A DNA stretch of 64,000 nt, from contig NC_052158.1 of NCBI RefSeq assembly GCF_902713615.1, forward strand, positions 32,405,990-32,469,989. Reading direction: 5' to 3'. A program made the position numbers and the translations under genes. Of the stretch, positions 1 through 13,378 are shown piece after piece (the first letter of the stretch is position 1; each line of letters opens with the position of its first letter). The stretch is from Scyliorhinus canicula. Lineage: Eukaryota. The notes under the pieces were generated by a model, which was not told the DNA's origin, did not search any database, and saw only the letters and a list, made by a program, of their open reading frames with translations.

Positions 1-130
1 ACAACAACGGGTTTCCCGACGGCGTGGGCTGGCCACAATGGAAAACCCCATTGGCCGCCTGTGGGAATGGGACTCCTGCTGCCGGTGGAAGCGCTCCAGA
101 AAACGGGCTGGCGGGACGGAGAATCCCGCC
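1..130. mobile_element. MITE-like non-autonomous DNA element, right end
   Basis: Ends in GGAGAATCCCGCCC, the same terminal motif as the elements at 333-528, 49186-49340 and 60447-61165. Confidence 0.55.
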
Positions 131-332
131 CCATATATTTTCTATGGCTGAATTGCCATAGAGGCTAAAGCAAATAATTATCCCTCAAACGATATACAGG
201 CTAGGTTGGGTTATGGTGTTAGGATGGGGGAGTGGGCCGAGGTGGGGTGCTCTTTCAGATGGTCGCTGCAGACTCAATGGGCCGAATGGCGTTCTTTTGC
301 CTGTAGAGACTCTATGGATTCTTTGGATATAT

Positions 333-528
333 GCCGGAATTCTCCGGCCATTCCCTGATGGTGGGATTCTCTGCCACCACTAGCAGTGTACCCCTCCCAC
401 AGGTTTTCCAATGGCATTGGGTGGCCTCTATGAGAATTCCCATTGACCGTGGCAGGACCAGAGAATCTTCCCGCAATCGAATCAGGCTACCAGGAAACAC
501 GCAGCTGGGAGCCCGAGAACCCCGCCCA
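333..528. mobile_element. MITE-like non-autonomous DNA element
   Basis: Starts CCGGAATTCTCC and ends GAGAACCCCGCCC (imperfect terminal inverted repeats); non-coding. Confidence 0.5.
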
Positions 529-2820
529 TAATCTGGTGTTCTATTTGAATATAGTATATGCATAATACACAAAAAATTAGCAGCACTCCTGTAAAAGAAT
601 AAGAAGTTACGGAAATGAGTTTATACTTTAGAAATAACTATGTTGGTCAAAGGTGAGTTATGAGAATTCATGAAGAATATTTCCTTCTCAAATGTGGGGA
701 GAACTGTAAGAAATAGGGGACTTCAGAAATGGTGTTTTTTAGAACTGTGCAGAATTCGCATGGATTTCTCCATCCTGACTGACCTCTCTCCCTCTCAGAA
801 TAAAAAGAACAATTCTAAAGAATCAGTGACTAAGACAGAATACAGATAAAGGTCACAAGGATTGCACTCTGCGATGAGGGCACAAGACTCTACAAATATT
901 CCTCAACAAATAGAAAAGGGCCTTTTGATGACCAGCATAATCAAGACAAGGTGAACAGTGTCGGGAGGTGAGGACCCTGACATCTTAGATACCGGTCCTG
1001 TATCCATTGGTCAGATGGGTTTGAGCAGGTGATTGAAACTGGGCAAACTACATCAGCCCGAGAAATAAAATATGCCAATGTCTCCTCGTCAGTGGTCCTT
1101 GTCCTTCGAGGGAAGTTGGGCCGGGGAGAAGGACAAAATCCAAGAGAAGAGTTCTCTAACACTTAGACTGGAGAGAAGGATGCTGTTATCCCACATGAAC
1201 ATCCTTTGTAAGAGATGTCCGTTTGTGCTCTGGGATCAATGAATTGCTCCTCATTGTCATGTGTTTATTAACATTTCCTGTCAATTGTGTTAATGCACGA
1301 GATCCAAACTGTTGCTTCTTCATAAACTTCCATAAAATTACTTAGGAATATTGGACTGTCTATCTTATATTATCTGCAGCTCCAGAACCCAAAATGATGC
1401 AAATCGGTGAAATGGGAAAATATTCAGCAACGGAATCTGATGCAGAAGGTGCTTTAAGTGATGTATTTTGTAAGCAAGGATGAGAAGAGATAATAGAAAC
1501 CCAACAGTGCAGGTTTAAAGGGATTGCAGGGACAGAGAGATCTGAGTCTGTGCTTTATAAAATTAATTTACAGGTTCATCGGCATGGTTGCATAGCGGTT
1601 AGTACTGATTCCTCACCGTGCAAGGGGCCTGGGTTCAATAGGTACACCCACTGTACTGTTCGGAAGGGTGTTCCAAGATTTCGACCCAGCGACAGTGAAG
1701 GAACAGCAATATATTTTGTGATGACTGGTTGATGTTCGGAAATTGGATCGAAGATGGGTGGTCAAATTAGGGGCTAACAGCTTGAGGGTAAAACTGCTAG
1801 CACTAAGCCAGAGGTACACGGCCACACCTGGCCTGAGTTACATTGTCTCATTCAAACTTAACCTCTTTAATGACAATAAACAGGATACCTCTGTTCAACC
1901 TGGGTGATTCATTCAAGATCCATTGTCCTATTGAGGAATTGAACAAAGATGGGATAATTAGTTAGGATGATGTAGAACCGGGTATAGGAGCCAGAGAGTA
2001 GGGTAATGAGTTCATCAGGGAATGAACAAAGGAACTGAGCAAAGCATGGCCAGGAAGGGGGAAAGGCAGTTGCTAGGACGAGAATGCTGAGTGAAAGGGG
2101 CCCCCCTGAAGGACTGAAGAATGTGAAGTGAGCCAATCAGGATATATGGCCCGGTCAGGAAGTGTATAGGGATGACCTATGGGAATCTTGCAATCATTAC
2201 TGTTGCCTTATTTAGTCGTATGTATGTGAAACTTGATGCAACTTGAATGTATCTGCACAGAAATGTTTTGTGCTTTATGCTCACTCTCGCTGTTGAAGAT
2301 CCAGGAGACACAGATTGTGTCCTGTGCTTTTAATAGAGTTAGTCACCCAGCTAGCTGGTTAAAATACGCAATAATTGATACCTACAAATCCATCTCAAAT
2401 TTTATTGAGACCAGACTGACAGCAAAAGAATCAGGATTGTCATTATCGGACACTCTAATCTGGCCAGCCATTAGCCCATTACAGAGTCTAATGTCTGCCT
2501 TTGTCCATAAATTGGAGGTTAGTTACATAATGATACCATGGCTCCTGTGTAAATGGAGTGGGTAATAAAAAGCCCAGAATGAGTTCACATCTGCACACAT
2601 CTGGACAGAACCATCTTTGAGTGGCTGAGCTGAGCTCAGAGAGATAAAAGAATCCTGTTCGAAAAGATGGGGAGAGAAGGATTTGGAGAACTTCCGGAAG
2701 AGGCCATGAAAACACTGCCACAGAGACAGACTTTCTTACAGGGTCTGAAAGAATCTCACTACCAGCAGGAATATGGTCTGCAATGCAAATATCTTTTTTG
2801 CCTTCCTCTGTAAGTGGAGT

Positions 2821-3046
2821 TTTTTTTTTTAAATTTAGATTACCCAATAATTTTTTCCAATTAGGGGTCAATTTAGCGTGGCCAATCAACCTACTCTGCA
2901 CATTTTTGGGTTGTGGGGGTGAAACCCACGCAGACACGGGGAGAATGTGCAAACTCCACACGGACAGTAACCCAGAGCCGGGATTGAACCTGGGACCTCA
3001 GCGCCGTGAGGCAGCTGTGCTAACCACTAGGCCACCGTGCTGCCCT
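2821..3046 (-). mobile_element. tRNA-derived SINE (HE1-like)
   Basis: Minus-strand head GGGCAGCACGGTGGCCTAGTGGTTAGC with B box GGTTCAATCC and an A-rich tail. Flanked by a direct repeat GTAAGTGGAGT (~2810-2820 and ~3048-3058) consistent with a TSD. Confidence 0.85.
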
Positions 3047-3373
3047 CGTAAGTGGAGTTGAGAGCTGTATGTTCATTTTGCATTTACATGTTCCATTAAC
3101 ATTTCCTGTTTAATGGGAAATAATGTGTTTGGCTTAAGAGATACATGTAAGCTGCCCGCGTTATGTTTAAATATTGTTTTTCTTTTGTTATAAAAAAGTT
3201 TTCTTTATAAAAAATAACCAAACCCTATTTCTCGTATAATCACTCCTGGGAGGAATCAGTCTTCCGCACAGTTTTAAAAATAAAAAAGTTGCAGTTCTGG
3301 TCCAGTATCTTAGCCATTGCTGTAATCTGGTCTGACGCCCGTAACAATTTCCAAGTCAGGATTGAGAGTGGCT

Positions 3374-3545
3374 GGGCATCATGGTGGCGGTGGTTAGCAC
3401 TGCTGCCTCATGGCACCGAGGACACGGGTTCGATCCCGGCCCTGGGTCACTGTCCATGTGCAGTTTGCACAATCTCCCTGAGACTGTGTGGGTCTCGCCA
3501 CACAACCCAAAAAGAGCAGGGTAGGTAGGTGCAGGGTAGGTGAAT
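3374..3545 (+). mobile_element. tRNA-derived SINE, 3' truncated
   Basis: GGGCATCATGGTGGCGGTGGTTAGC head, B box GGTTCGATCC, body homologous to the other SINE copies. Confidence 0.75.
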
Positions 3546-6131
3546 TGGCCAGGCTGATGGTGATGGTGTTCCCATCTGTCTGCTGCTCTTGTGCTTCCAG
3601 ATGGTAGTGGCCCTGGGTTTAGAAGGTGCGGCCTAATGAGCAATGCTATCTGAAGGCAGCAGCACAGTTTGATCCTTGGCTTTCTCGATAGAGACAGAGA
3701 GCAAGAAAGCATAGAGGGTGTGCCGAATATTTATAAAATATTGGTTAGACTCCGCTGGAGCATGGTGTCCATATCTGGTCACAGTAGATTCTAGGGAGGA
3801 TGTCAAGGCTTTGGAGAGGGTGCAGAGAGATTTTCTGAAATATTATAGGGAATGGGGAGATTCTATCTTCCAATGGGACTATTCAGTGACAGAGTTTGTG
3901 GATTTATTGTTTAGGTATGCATGATTTATTTAATGTTATTTCCAGTTCTGCACTGGTCTGTTTCTGACAACCAAAGGTGGGAATGATTTGCTGAATTTTC
4001 TAGACTTGGAAATAGAATTGACATATTTGATTGGTCAACAATTTGTCATTGTACATTCTGTTTGATTCTTCACATTTGGTCAGTCAGATATCTGAATAAT
4101 AACACCAGCTGATTGTGGTTCTGTAATGTCATTTAGGGAAGGAAATCTGCCCTCTAACCAGGTCTGGCCAACATGGAATTCCAGACTTACAGTGATGTGG
4201 TTAACTCTGAACTGCCACTTTGTTCAAGAGCCATTAGGGATGGGCAATGAATGCTCCCTCGACAATGGCACCCTCATTCCATTAAAGAACAAAGTTTAAA
4301 AAACAACTTGGAGATTTGAAGAGCTGAGGAGTGACGCTGTGAATTCTGATACATGGAGGTATGACATGAGGAAGTGTTGACATCCGAAGGGACGCAGTCT
4401 GAGGAGAAATGCCCCAAGGGGGCGACAACATGAGGGTGAACGCAGAATCTGGTACATGGAGATGGGACTGGGTCTTGTTGGGTGTATCTGTGACTCATTC
4501 TCTGTGACCGTGAGTGAGCTGCTTCATGTGATTTTTATGTGGTCATGGACTGAAAGTGAAATAAGCTGGACTGCAGCCAGTGTACGGACTGTGACAGGGG
4601 ATTGTCAGGAATGTGTAACAGATTTCACTGACATCACCAATCAGGATTTAGCCCCTGATACTCAGCTACCTGAAACAGTGTTTGTCTTTGAAACAACAGT
4701 GACTGTACCTCAAATAATTCACAGGCTGTCAGGTACTGTGGGGGATCCTGGGACACGAGCTGTGTTGCATGGGTATGAGAATGATCAACAACTCTGTAAA
4801 GTTACTTCAGGGACTTCCCGACAGATAAGGGAAGAGTAAATGGAGCAAACATCAACAATTGTGGGTCCTGTGGGAAGTAGATAAGCAGCCAGAGTGATGG
4901 TGAAATATGGGCAGGTTAAATTACAGAGGCTGTGTTACAGGGCATTGAGATCTCTGAAAGTATTTTCTCCCAAGGTCTATTCATAATAATAATCTTTATT
5001 ATTGTCACAAGTAGGCTTACATGAACACATTTTCAACCCTTTCTCCATTCTCCTTCACCCTTGTGCCCCCTACCCACAAATAAACCAAAATCCCAGATAG
5101 AAATGGTAAACCCAATAACTTACCACAAGTCCAAAAATCAAAACAACGTCCTAAACATATCGCAAACCCAACCACAAACCCTCACACCCAGCAACCTACC
5201 CTCTCTGTAAACTCCTCCAGCTCTCCACCCTCCGGGATACCTCAGCTCCTCTAATACTGACCTCCTGTACACCCAAATTTAAATCACTCCACTACTGGGA
5301 TTGTGTCTTCAGCTTCCAGAACACTGAGCTCTGGAATTCCCGCCCTAAAGCTCTCCGTCTCTCATCTCACTTTCCTCCCTGAAGACATACTCTGAAACCA
5401 GCCTCGGACCAATCATTTCTTCAATGGCCTCACATCTCCCTGTGAGTCTCAGTATCATATTTTCATTACAAAGATCCTGTGAAGTTCCTCAGGGATGTTT
5501 TATTACATGATAGTCATTTAAGTTGTGCTTTTCACCAATGAAGATACAAACTAAATATTAGAAAGAGAGGAAAACCAAGGGGCAAATAAGAATGGGAAAA
5601 TTAATATAATTGATAGGTGGAGAAAATGCATTAAAGAAATGTGAGGGATTTAAATCCAACAAAATCCCAGGACAGAATGGACAACATCCCAGGATTCTAA
5701 GAGAGGTGGCTGCAGAAATAGTTTTACTTTAAATTAGTTTATAGAATGTCGGCATCGCTGGATAGGCCAGCACTTATTCCCCATCCTTACTAACCTTCCT
5801 GAAGGTGGTGGTGATCTTCTTTCTTGAACCAACACAGTCCCTGTCGACGCACAGTGCTGTTAGGCAGGGAGTTCTGGGATTTTGACAGTGAAGGAATGAC
5901 CATCTCTTTCCAAGTCAGGGTGGTGTGTGGCCTGAAGTGGAGCTTGCAGCTGGGGATGTTCCCAGATAGCAGCTGCCCTTGTTCTTCGAGATGGTAGTTG
6001 TTGTGGGATTGGAAGGTGCTGCCTCAGGAGCACCTTGGTTAGTTCCTGCAGCGCATCTTGTAAATGGTACACATGGCTGCTACTGTGCGCTCGAAGGTGG
6101 AGGGAGTGAATGTTTGTGCAAGGAGGAGCAC

Positions 6132-6443
6132 TAGAACATACAGTGCAGAAGGAGGCCATTCGGCCCATCGAGTCTGCACTGGCCCACTTAAGGTCTCACT
6201 TCCACCCTACCCCAGTAACCCAATAACCCCTCCTAACATTTTTTGGCTGCTGAGGACAATTTATCATGGTCAATACACCTAACCTGTATGTCTTTGGACT
6301 GTGGGAGAAAACCGGAGCACCCAGAGGAAACCCACGCAGAGAACGTGCAGACTCCGCACAGACAGTGACCCAGCCGGGAATCGAACCTGGGACCCTGGTG
6401 CTGTGAAGCCACTGTGCTAATCACTTGTGCTACCGTGCTGCCC
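6132..6443 (-). mobile_element. tRNA-derived SINE (HE1-like) with LINE-derived tail
   Basis: Head GGGCAGCACGGTAGCACAAGTG on minus; tail ends ...ATGTTCTA; homologous to 58763-59090 and 61821-62168. Confidence 0.85.
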
Positions 6444-7426
6444 ATAAATCAAGTTGTCTGCGTTGTCCTGGATGGTATCAAGTTTCATGCGAACTGTTGA
6501 AGCTGCTCTCATCCAGGCAAGTGGGGAGTATTCCAAAACACTCCTGACTTGTGCCTTCTAGATGCTGGACAGGCTTTGATAAATCAAGAGGTGAGTTAGC
6601 TGCTGGAGAATTCCTAGCCTCTGACTTGCTTTTGTAATACATTTATATGGCTAGTCCAGTTCAGTTTCTGTTCAAAGGTAGCCTCCAAAATGTTTATAGT
6701 GAGGGATTCAGCGACAATGCCACTGAATGTCAAAGGGTGATGATTAGATCCTCTTGTGTAGGAGATGGTCATTGCCTTGCCCTTGTGTGGCGTTAACGTT
6801 ACCACTTTTCAGCCCAAGCCTGGATATTGTCCAGATCTTGCTCTATTTGGACATGGACCGCTTTAGGATCTCAAGAGTCACAAATAGTACTAAACATTAT
6901 GCAATCATCAACAAAATGTCCCCACTTCAGAACTTATAATGGAAGGAAGGTCATTGATGAAGCAGCTGAAGATGGTTGGCCGAGGACACTACCCTGAGAA
7001 ACTCCTGCAGTGATGTCCCGGGACTGGGATTACTGACCACTAACCACTGCAATCATCTTCCTTTGTTCCAGGTATGACTCCAACCAATGGAGGGTTTTCC
7101 CCCTGATTCCCAATTACTCCAGTTTTGTGAAGACTCCTTGCCTTGATGCCACTCTTCGTCAAATGCTGTTTTGATGTCAAGGATGGTCACTCTCACCTCA
7201 TCTCGAGAGTTCAGATGTTTTGCCCATGTTTGAACCATGGCTGCAATAAGGTCAGGATTGGAGTTATCCTGGTGGAACCCAAAAGGAGTGTCAGTGAGCA
7301 GGTTATTGCGAAGGGCCGCTTGATAGCACTGGTGACTACTCCTTCCATCACTTTACTGATGATCGAGAGTAGGCTGATTGGACATAATTGGCTGGGTTGG
7401 ATTTGTCCTAGCTCTTGTGTACAGGA

Positions 7427-7822
7427 TGTTGTGTTAAGCACAGTGATAACACAGGCTGCAACTGGACGCAGCTTTACGTGAGAGAAACGCTGCACCTTGA
7501 AGTTAATTCAGTATGATTTATTGAACCTGTCAGTTAGCTAAATCCTCTGTGAGTTCGACTCTCTGCTAACCTAGTGTGATTAATCTGTCTGACTGAACCA
7601 GACTAGCTCTTAGCCACGTGCTCTAGGAGTTATATGACATGTACACCCTGACTCTCACTGTAGATATCACCAGTGGAAAGAGGCGGAGTGTGAGTGCCTT
7701 GAGCGTTTGATAGTGGGAATCCACCCCCAAGTGTTCTGCCTGCTGATTGGTTATGTCCTGTTCTCTGTATTCATGAGCTGTCTGTTTGTCTCTCATTATG
7801 TGCATGTCTACATATCTTGACA
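7427..7822 (-). mobile_element. Solo LTR inserted in the LINE
   Basis: TG...CA ends, flanks CAGGA/TAGGA (5-bp TSD with one mismatch), AATAAA on minus; LINE sequence resumes on both sides. Confidence 0.6.
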
Positions 7823-8305
7823 TAGGATCTGCCTGGGCAATTTTCCACATTGCCATGTTGATGCATGTGTTGTAGCTGTGCTGGCACAGCTTGGCTAGGG
7901 GTGCGACAAGTTCTGGAGCACAAGTCTTTAGTTCGATTGCTGGAATATTTCAGGGCTCTGTGCATTTTCCAGTTCCTTCAGCTATTTCTTTGGATCATGT
8001 GGAGTGAATCAAATAGGCTCTAAACCGGCAACTGTGATGGTGGGGACCTCTGGAGGAGACCGTGGCAGACTCAGCACTTCTGACTAAAGATTGGTGCAAA
8101 TTCTTCAGCCTTGTCGTTTGCACTGATATTCTGGGCTCCTCCATCATTGAGGATGGGATATTCGTGGAGCCTCCTCCTCCAGGGAGTTGTTTAATTATCC
8201 ACCACCATTTACAGCTGGATGGAGGCAGGACTGCAGAGTTTATATCAAGTCTATTAATTGTGAAATCGCATACCTCTGTCACTTGATGCTTATGCTGTTT
8301 GGCAT

Positions 8306-9058
8306 TGTTGCCTTCTTTCATTTGGGGTGAACCACAAGCTTGTTTCTTATATCGACCAAATTACCACACAACCAATACGTTAGCTCAAAAACACAGTTTA
8401 CTGATAACACGACTTGAATCTCTGTGTAATAATACACGCGGCTCCGTACTAAACTACACCTAACAATGAAGATGGCCTTCACTTAACTTCGAGTGACCCG
8501 CACTGTGCGAGATAAGGCCTTTATCCGGTCCATGCAGTCGGTTTGGAAGTGGTTGGATTCATCTCAGCTGGGCTCGTCCTTCAGGAATGGTCGCTGGGTC
8601 CTTGAACTTGGTTGTTCTGCTGAAGTTAATCGCACACAGGCCAGATGCAAGAGTGATCTCTAGTGTGCAGGGCTTTTTATCCTTAGCCTCCTTCGTACTC
8701 TTTTGGGCAGTCCTTATTCCGGGTCCAACGGATCGAGAGGGTTTCAATCACCCTCATCGATCTCAGCCAATGAGGAGGCAGATACCTCGATGGCTGGGCG
8801 GGTCCTAGCTATCATTGTCCCAGGCACATAGGCCTTTCCAAATAAGAGGGGGATGGTGCCGGTTCGTCTGCTACTGTTGTAACTCCTTCATTCAAACTCC
8901 ATTGTCCTGGGGGAAATGGTGATCGACTCTTAATGGATACAAGTTTCAGCCAAGTCTGGTTTCTTTGCACAATACACAGAGGCTGTGTACCCGTCTGTGT
9001 CCCAAATTGACCACAATTCCCATGGTCCTTTGCAGGTGGCCATTTTACATGGCTGCAG
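8306..9058 (-). mobile_element. Probable solo LTR inserted in the LINE
   Basis: ~750-bp non-LINE segment bounded by TG...CA; LINE homology resumes at ~9059; flanks GCAT/GCTT. Orientation is tentative. Confidence 0.5.
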
Positions 9059-9900
9059 CTTGCAAATGGACCTGTGCTGTAGCTTCACTAGGTTTAAATC
9101 TCATTTTTTGGTATTCCTGCTGTGGTTCCTGGCGTGCCCTCCTGCACACTTCATCGTACCCCTGGATTGAGTTAATCCCCTGGTTTGGTGGGAATGGGAA
9201 AGTGGAAGATATGCCAGGCAATGAAGTCACAGATTATGGTTGAGTAAAATTCTGCTGCTGCTGATGTCCTGCATACATCATGGATGCCCATGCTCGGGTT
9301 GGTAGGTATTTTCAAAATCTATCCCTTTGAGCACAGTGGCAATGCTCCATGGGATAGATAGTTGGATGCAATGCTTGCGATTTTCCAAATTCTCTCACCA
9401 CCCCCTTCCCCCCATGTACTGAACAGATCTGTCCGGTTGATGATGATAAACTAAGACACAGCTGCTTTCTTTCCTAGAGTTTATTGACATAATTCACAAG
9501 CAACATTACTCCAAACCATCAACGGTATCCCAGCTGTCCCCATTGATAATTGTTCAAATACCCATCATCTATTTAATGATGGAATAGTCATTAAATGTTA
9601 ACAATGGGATTATCATTGGCTCTGTTGAGAGATTCTACCACCATTTATCTCCTTTTTCAAAGACCTAGACACCATCAGTTGTTGGGGATTTGGGGTATAG
9701 ATTTTAAGTTATTTGTATTATTTGAAAACATTATTATATTTTCAATAATTCTTGTGTCCTATATCTGTTTTGCACCGAAAATGTTGTTTGTTGTTTTATT
9801 TGAAAAATATATGAAAAGCTTAATAAAAACATATTTTAAAAATACAATATTTTTGGGAGTAACATTTAACCACATAATACTTATTAAACCAATGGTTTAA

Positions 9901-10039
9901 CACACTGGGCTAAATCGCTGGCTTTTAAAGCAGACCAAGCAGGCCAGCAGCACAGTTCGATTCCCATACCAGCCTCCCCGGACAGGCGCCGGAATGTGGC
10001 GACTAGGGGCTTTTCACAGTAACTTCATTGAAGCCTACT
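9901..10039 (+). mobile_element. SINE fragment (second family)
   Basis: GGCGACTAGGGGCTTTTCACAGTAACTTCATTG motif also present at ~61345-61380 and inverted at ~60190-60215. Confidence 0.65.
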
Positions 10040-12170
10040 AGGGCAGGAAGAAAAATGGCAGGGCTATAGTGATAGGGGACTCAGTTGTAAGGGGAATAGA
10101 CAGGCGGTTCTGCGGACGCAATCGAGACTCCAGGTTGGTATGTTGCCTCCCTGGTGCAAGGGTCAAGGATGTCTCGGATCGGCTACAGGACATTCTTGGG
10201 GGGGGGGGGGTGTTGTGGGGGGTGAATAGCCAGCTGTCGTGGTGCACAGAGGCACCAATGATATAGGTAAAAAACAGGGTGAGGTCCTACAAGCGGAATT
10301 CAGGGAGTTAGGAGATAAACTAAAAAGTAGGACCTCAAAAGGTAGTAATCTCAGGATTGCTACCAGTGCCACGAGCTAGTCAGAGTAGGAATGTCAGGAT
10401 AGATAGGATGAATGCGTGGCTCGAGAGATGGTGCAAGAGGGAGGGATTCAAATTCCTGGGGCATTGGGACCGGTTCTGGGGGAGTTGGGACCAGTACAAA
10501 CCGGACGGTCTGCACCTGGGCAGGACTGGAACAGATGTCCTAGGGGGGGTGTTTGCTAGAGCTGTTGGGGAGGGTTTAAACTAATGTGGCAGGGGAATGG
10601 GAACCGATGCAGGAAGTTGGAAGGTAGTAAAACAGGGACAGAAGCAAAAGGAAGCAAGGGGAAAAGTGCAAGGCAGAGAAGTTATAGTCAAAAATCAAAA
10701 AGGGCGACAGTACAAGGTACAGTGACTGAGGGGAGCTCAGTGAATAAGCCCAGTAATACTAAAAGGACTAAAACTGGAGATGTTAAGATTCAAAACAGAG
10801 GTAAAAAAACCAACGTAAGTGTACTTTACCTGAATGCTCGTAGTATTCGGAATAAAGTAAATGAGTTGATGGCACAAATCATCGTGAATGACTATGATTT
10901 AGTGGCTATTACTGAAACATGGTTAAAGGATGGTCACGACTGGGAGTTAAATATCCGAGGGTATCAAACTATTCGGAAGGACAGAGTGGATGGTAAGGGA
11001 GGTGGTGTTGCTCTGTTATTTAAGGATGACATCCGGGCAATAATAAGGGATGACATCGGTGCTATGGAGGATAAGGTTGAATCCATTTGGGTGGAAATCA
11101 GGAATCGTAAGGCGAAAATGTCACTGATAAGAGTAGTCTGTCGGCCACCAAATAGTAACGTTATGGTGGGGCAGGCAATAAACAAAGAAATAACTGATGC
11201 ATGTAGAAATGGTACAGCAGTTATCATGGGGGATTTTAATTCACATGTCGATTGGTTTAACCAGGTCGGTCAAGGCAACCTTGAGTAGGAATTTATAGAA
11301 TGTATCCGCGATAGTTTCCTAGAACAGTATGTAATGGAACCTACGAGGGAACAAGCGATCCTAGATCTTGTCCTGTGTAATGAGACAGGATTGATTCATT
11401 ATCTCATTGTTAGGGATCCTCTCGGAAGGAGCAATCACAATATGGTGGAATTTAAAATACAGATGGAAGGTGAGAAAGTAAACTCAAATACTCATGTTTT
11501 GTGTTTAAACAAAGGAGATTACAATGGGATGAGAGAAGAACTAGCTGAGGTAGACTGGGAGCAAAGACTTTATGGTGGAACAGTTGAGGAACAGTGGAGA
11601 ACCTTCCAAGCGATTTTTTACTGTGCTCAGCAAGGTTTATACCAACAAAAAGGAAGGACGGTAGAAAGAGGGAAAATCGACCGTGATAATCTAAGGAAAT
11701 AAGGGAGAGTATCAAATTGAAGGGAAAAGCATATAAAGTGGCGAAGATTGGTGGGAGACTAGAGGACTGGGAAATCTTTAGAGGGCAACAGAAAGCTACT
11801 AAAAAACCTATAAAAAAAGAGTAAGATAGAGTATGAGAGTAAACTTGCTCAGAATATAAAAACAGACAGCAAAAGTTTTTACAAATATATAAACAAAAAA
11901 GAGTGGCTAAGGTAAATATTGGTCCTTTAGAGGATGAGAAGGGAGTTTTAATAATGGGAGATGAGGAAATGGCTGAGGAACTGAACAGGTTTTTGGGTCG
12001 GTCTTCACAGTGGAAGACACAAATAAAATGCCAGCGACTGATAGAAATGAGGCTATGGCAGGTGAGGACCTTGAGCGGATTGTTATCACTAAGGAGGTAG
12101 TGATGGGCAAGCTAATGGGGCTAAAGATAGGCAAGTCTCCTGGCCCTGATGGAATGCATCCAGAGTGCTA
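10040..12170 (+). mobile_element. CR1 LINE fragment: end of ORF1 (SGNH/GDSL esterase) and APE endonuclease half of ORF2, truncated at both ends
   Basis: IGDSVVRG ... DGLHL (SGNH blocks); YLNARSIRNK, VAITETWL, IMGDFN, GRSNHNMV (APE); ends near KSPGPDG before the RT core; frameshifted. Confidence 0.92.
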
Positions 12171-12219
12171 AAATAAATGGCGATTTTCATTTTTCATTTT
12201 ACCTTATCCATGTGATTAA

Positions 12220-12553
12220 ATGTTAACAATGTGATTAACACCAGGGATGGTCCTGAGGATCAGAACTCTCACTCCGCATGCCGATTCCACCTCTCAGTTA
12301 ATGCAGTGTGAATTGGCCGTCAATGATTATGATTCCTGGGGTCTGTGCAGGTTAAACAGAGCAGATCAGCTCAGATTAAAAATACAGCAAGAAAGAGAAA
12401 TCACAGATATACACAATTTCATTTGTACAAACACATATGTGGATTCGCTGCCATCAATACATCAGTCACTCGCTGGCTCCTCGAGGAAATAAAGCCTCCC
12501 CTGATTCCCTCATCCACTCCTTCCACTGATTGCCCTGGATCACCAGGAAGCTA
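12220..12553 (-). other. Probable terminal exon (exon 8 / 3' UTR) of class I locus 1
   Basis: Acceptor CTGCCCCAG|TAGC at 12554-12555. The exon start and adjacent intron are clearly homologous to the terminal exon of locus 2 (CTTCCCCAG|TGAC, 47805-47806). The 3' end is not defined. Confidence 0.6.
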
Positions 12554-12639
12554 CTGGGGCAGAGAAGAAATACGTAGTTATAGGAAGAGGAAAACCCAGC
12601 AGACACAGAACACTCCCAACAAAACCCACCAGATGCCCG

Positions 12640-12878
12640 ATACCTAAAGCGGCAGAAAGCATACGGAATGCTTGCCTCATTGGATGAGGCATGGAGTAAA
12701 AAACTGGCAAGTCATGGCTATAGTTGTATAGAACCATGGTAAGGCTGCACTTGGAATATTGCACATAATTCTGGTCGCCACACTAACAGAAAGCGGTGGA
12801 GGCTTTGGAGAGGGTGCAGAGGAGTTTACAGGATGTTGCCTGGTCTGGCTAGTGGAGAGGCTGAATAGATGGACTGTT
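12640..12878 (+). mobile_element. CR1 LINE 3' fragment
   Basis: GCTTTGGAGAGGGTGCAGAGGAGTTTACAGGATG typical of the CR1 ORF2 C-terminal region; runs into the gap. Confidence 0.7.
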
Positions 12879-13378
12879 NNNNNNNNNNNNNNNNNNNNNN
12901 NNNNNNNNNNNNNNNNNNNNNNNNNNNNNNNNNNNNNNNNNNNNNNNNNNNNNNNNNNNNNNNNNNNNNNNNNNNNNNNNNNNNNNNNNNNNNNNNNNNN
13001 NNNNNNNNNNNNNNNNNNNNNNNNNNNNNNNNNNNNNNNNNNNNNNNNNNNNNNNNNNNNNNNNNNNNNNNNNNNNNNNNNNNNNNNNNNNNNNNNNNNN
13101 NNNNNNNNNNNNNNNNNNNNNNNNNNNNNNNNNNNNNNNNNNNNNNNNNNNNNNNNNNNNNNNNNNNNNNNNNNNNNNNNNNNNNNNNNNNNNNNNNNNN
13201 NNNNNNNNNNNNNNNNNNNNNNNNNNNNNNNNNNNNNNNNNNNNNNNNNNNNNNNNNNNNNNNNNNNNNNNNNNNNNNNNNNNNNNNNNNNNNNNNNNNN
13301 NNNNNNNNNNNNNNNNNNNNNNNNNNNNNNNNNNNNNNNNNNNNNNNNNNNNNNNNNNNNNNNNNNNNNNNNNNNNNN
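12879..13378. other. Assembly gap (500 N)
   Basis: Run of N in the sequence. Confidence 1.

Larger units (their letters stand above)
5725..9345 (-). mobile_element. Decayed non-LTR retrotransposon (L2/CR1-group LINE) ORF2, interrupted by a SINE and two solo LTRs
   Basis: Minus-strand fragments translate to RT motifs (CPISLLSIISKVMEGVV; VQTWAKHLNSRDEVRVTILDIKTAFD) with many stops and frameshifts. Confidence 0.8.

Noticed and set aside
798-1180. Possible immune-receptor exon (acceptor at 797, IKYANV ITIM-like motif)
   Set aside because: Stops in all frames and no coherent exon chain.
3690-3880. Evidence for a third class I upstream flank (similar to 18380-18527 and 26130-26230)
   Set aside because: Similarity is largely confined to common CR1 3' sequence and does not extend into unique promoter DNA.
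4456-4839. 127-aa plus-strand ORF
   Set aside because: No recognisable domain or exon context on either strand.
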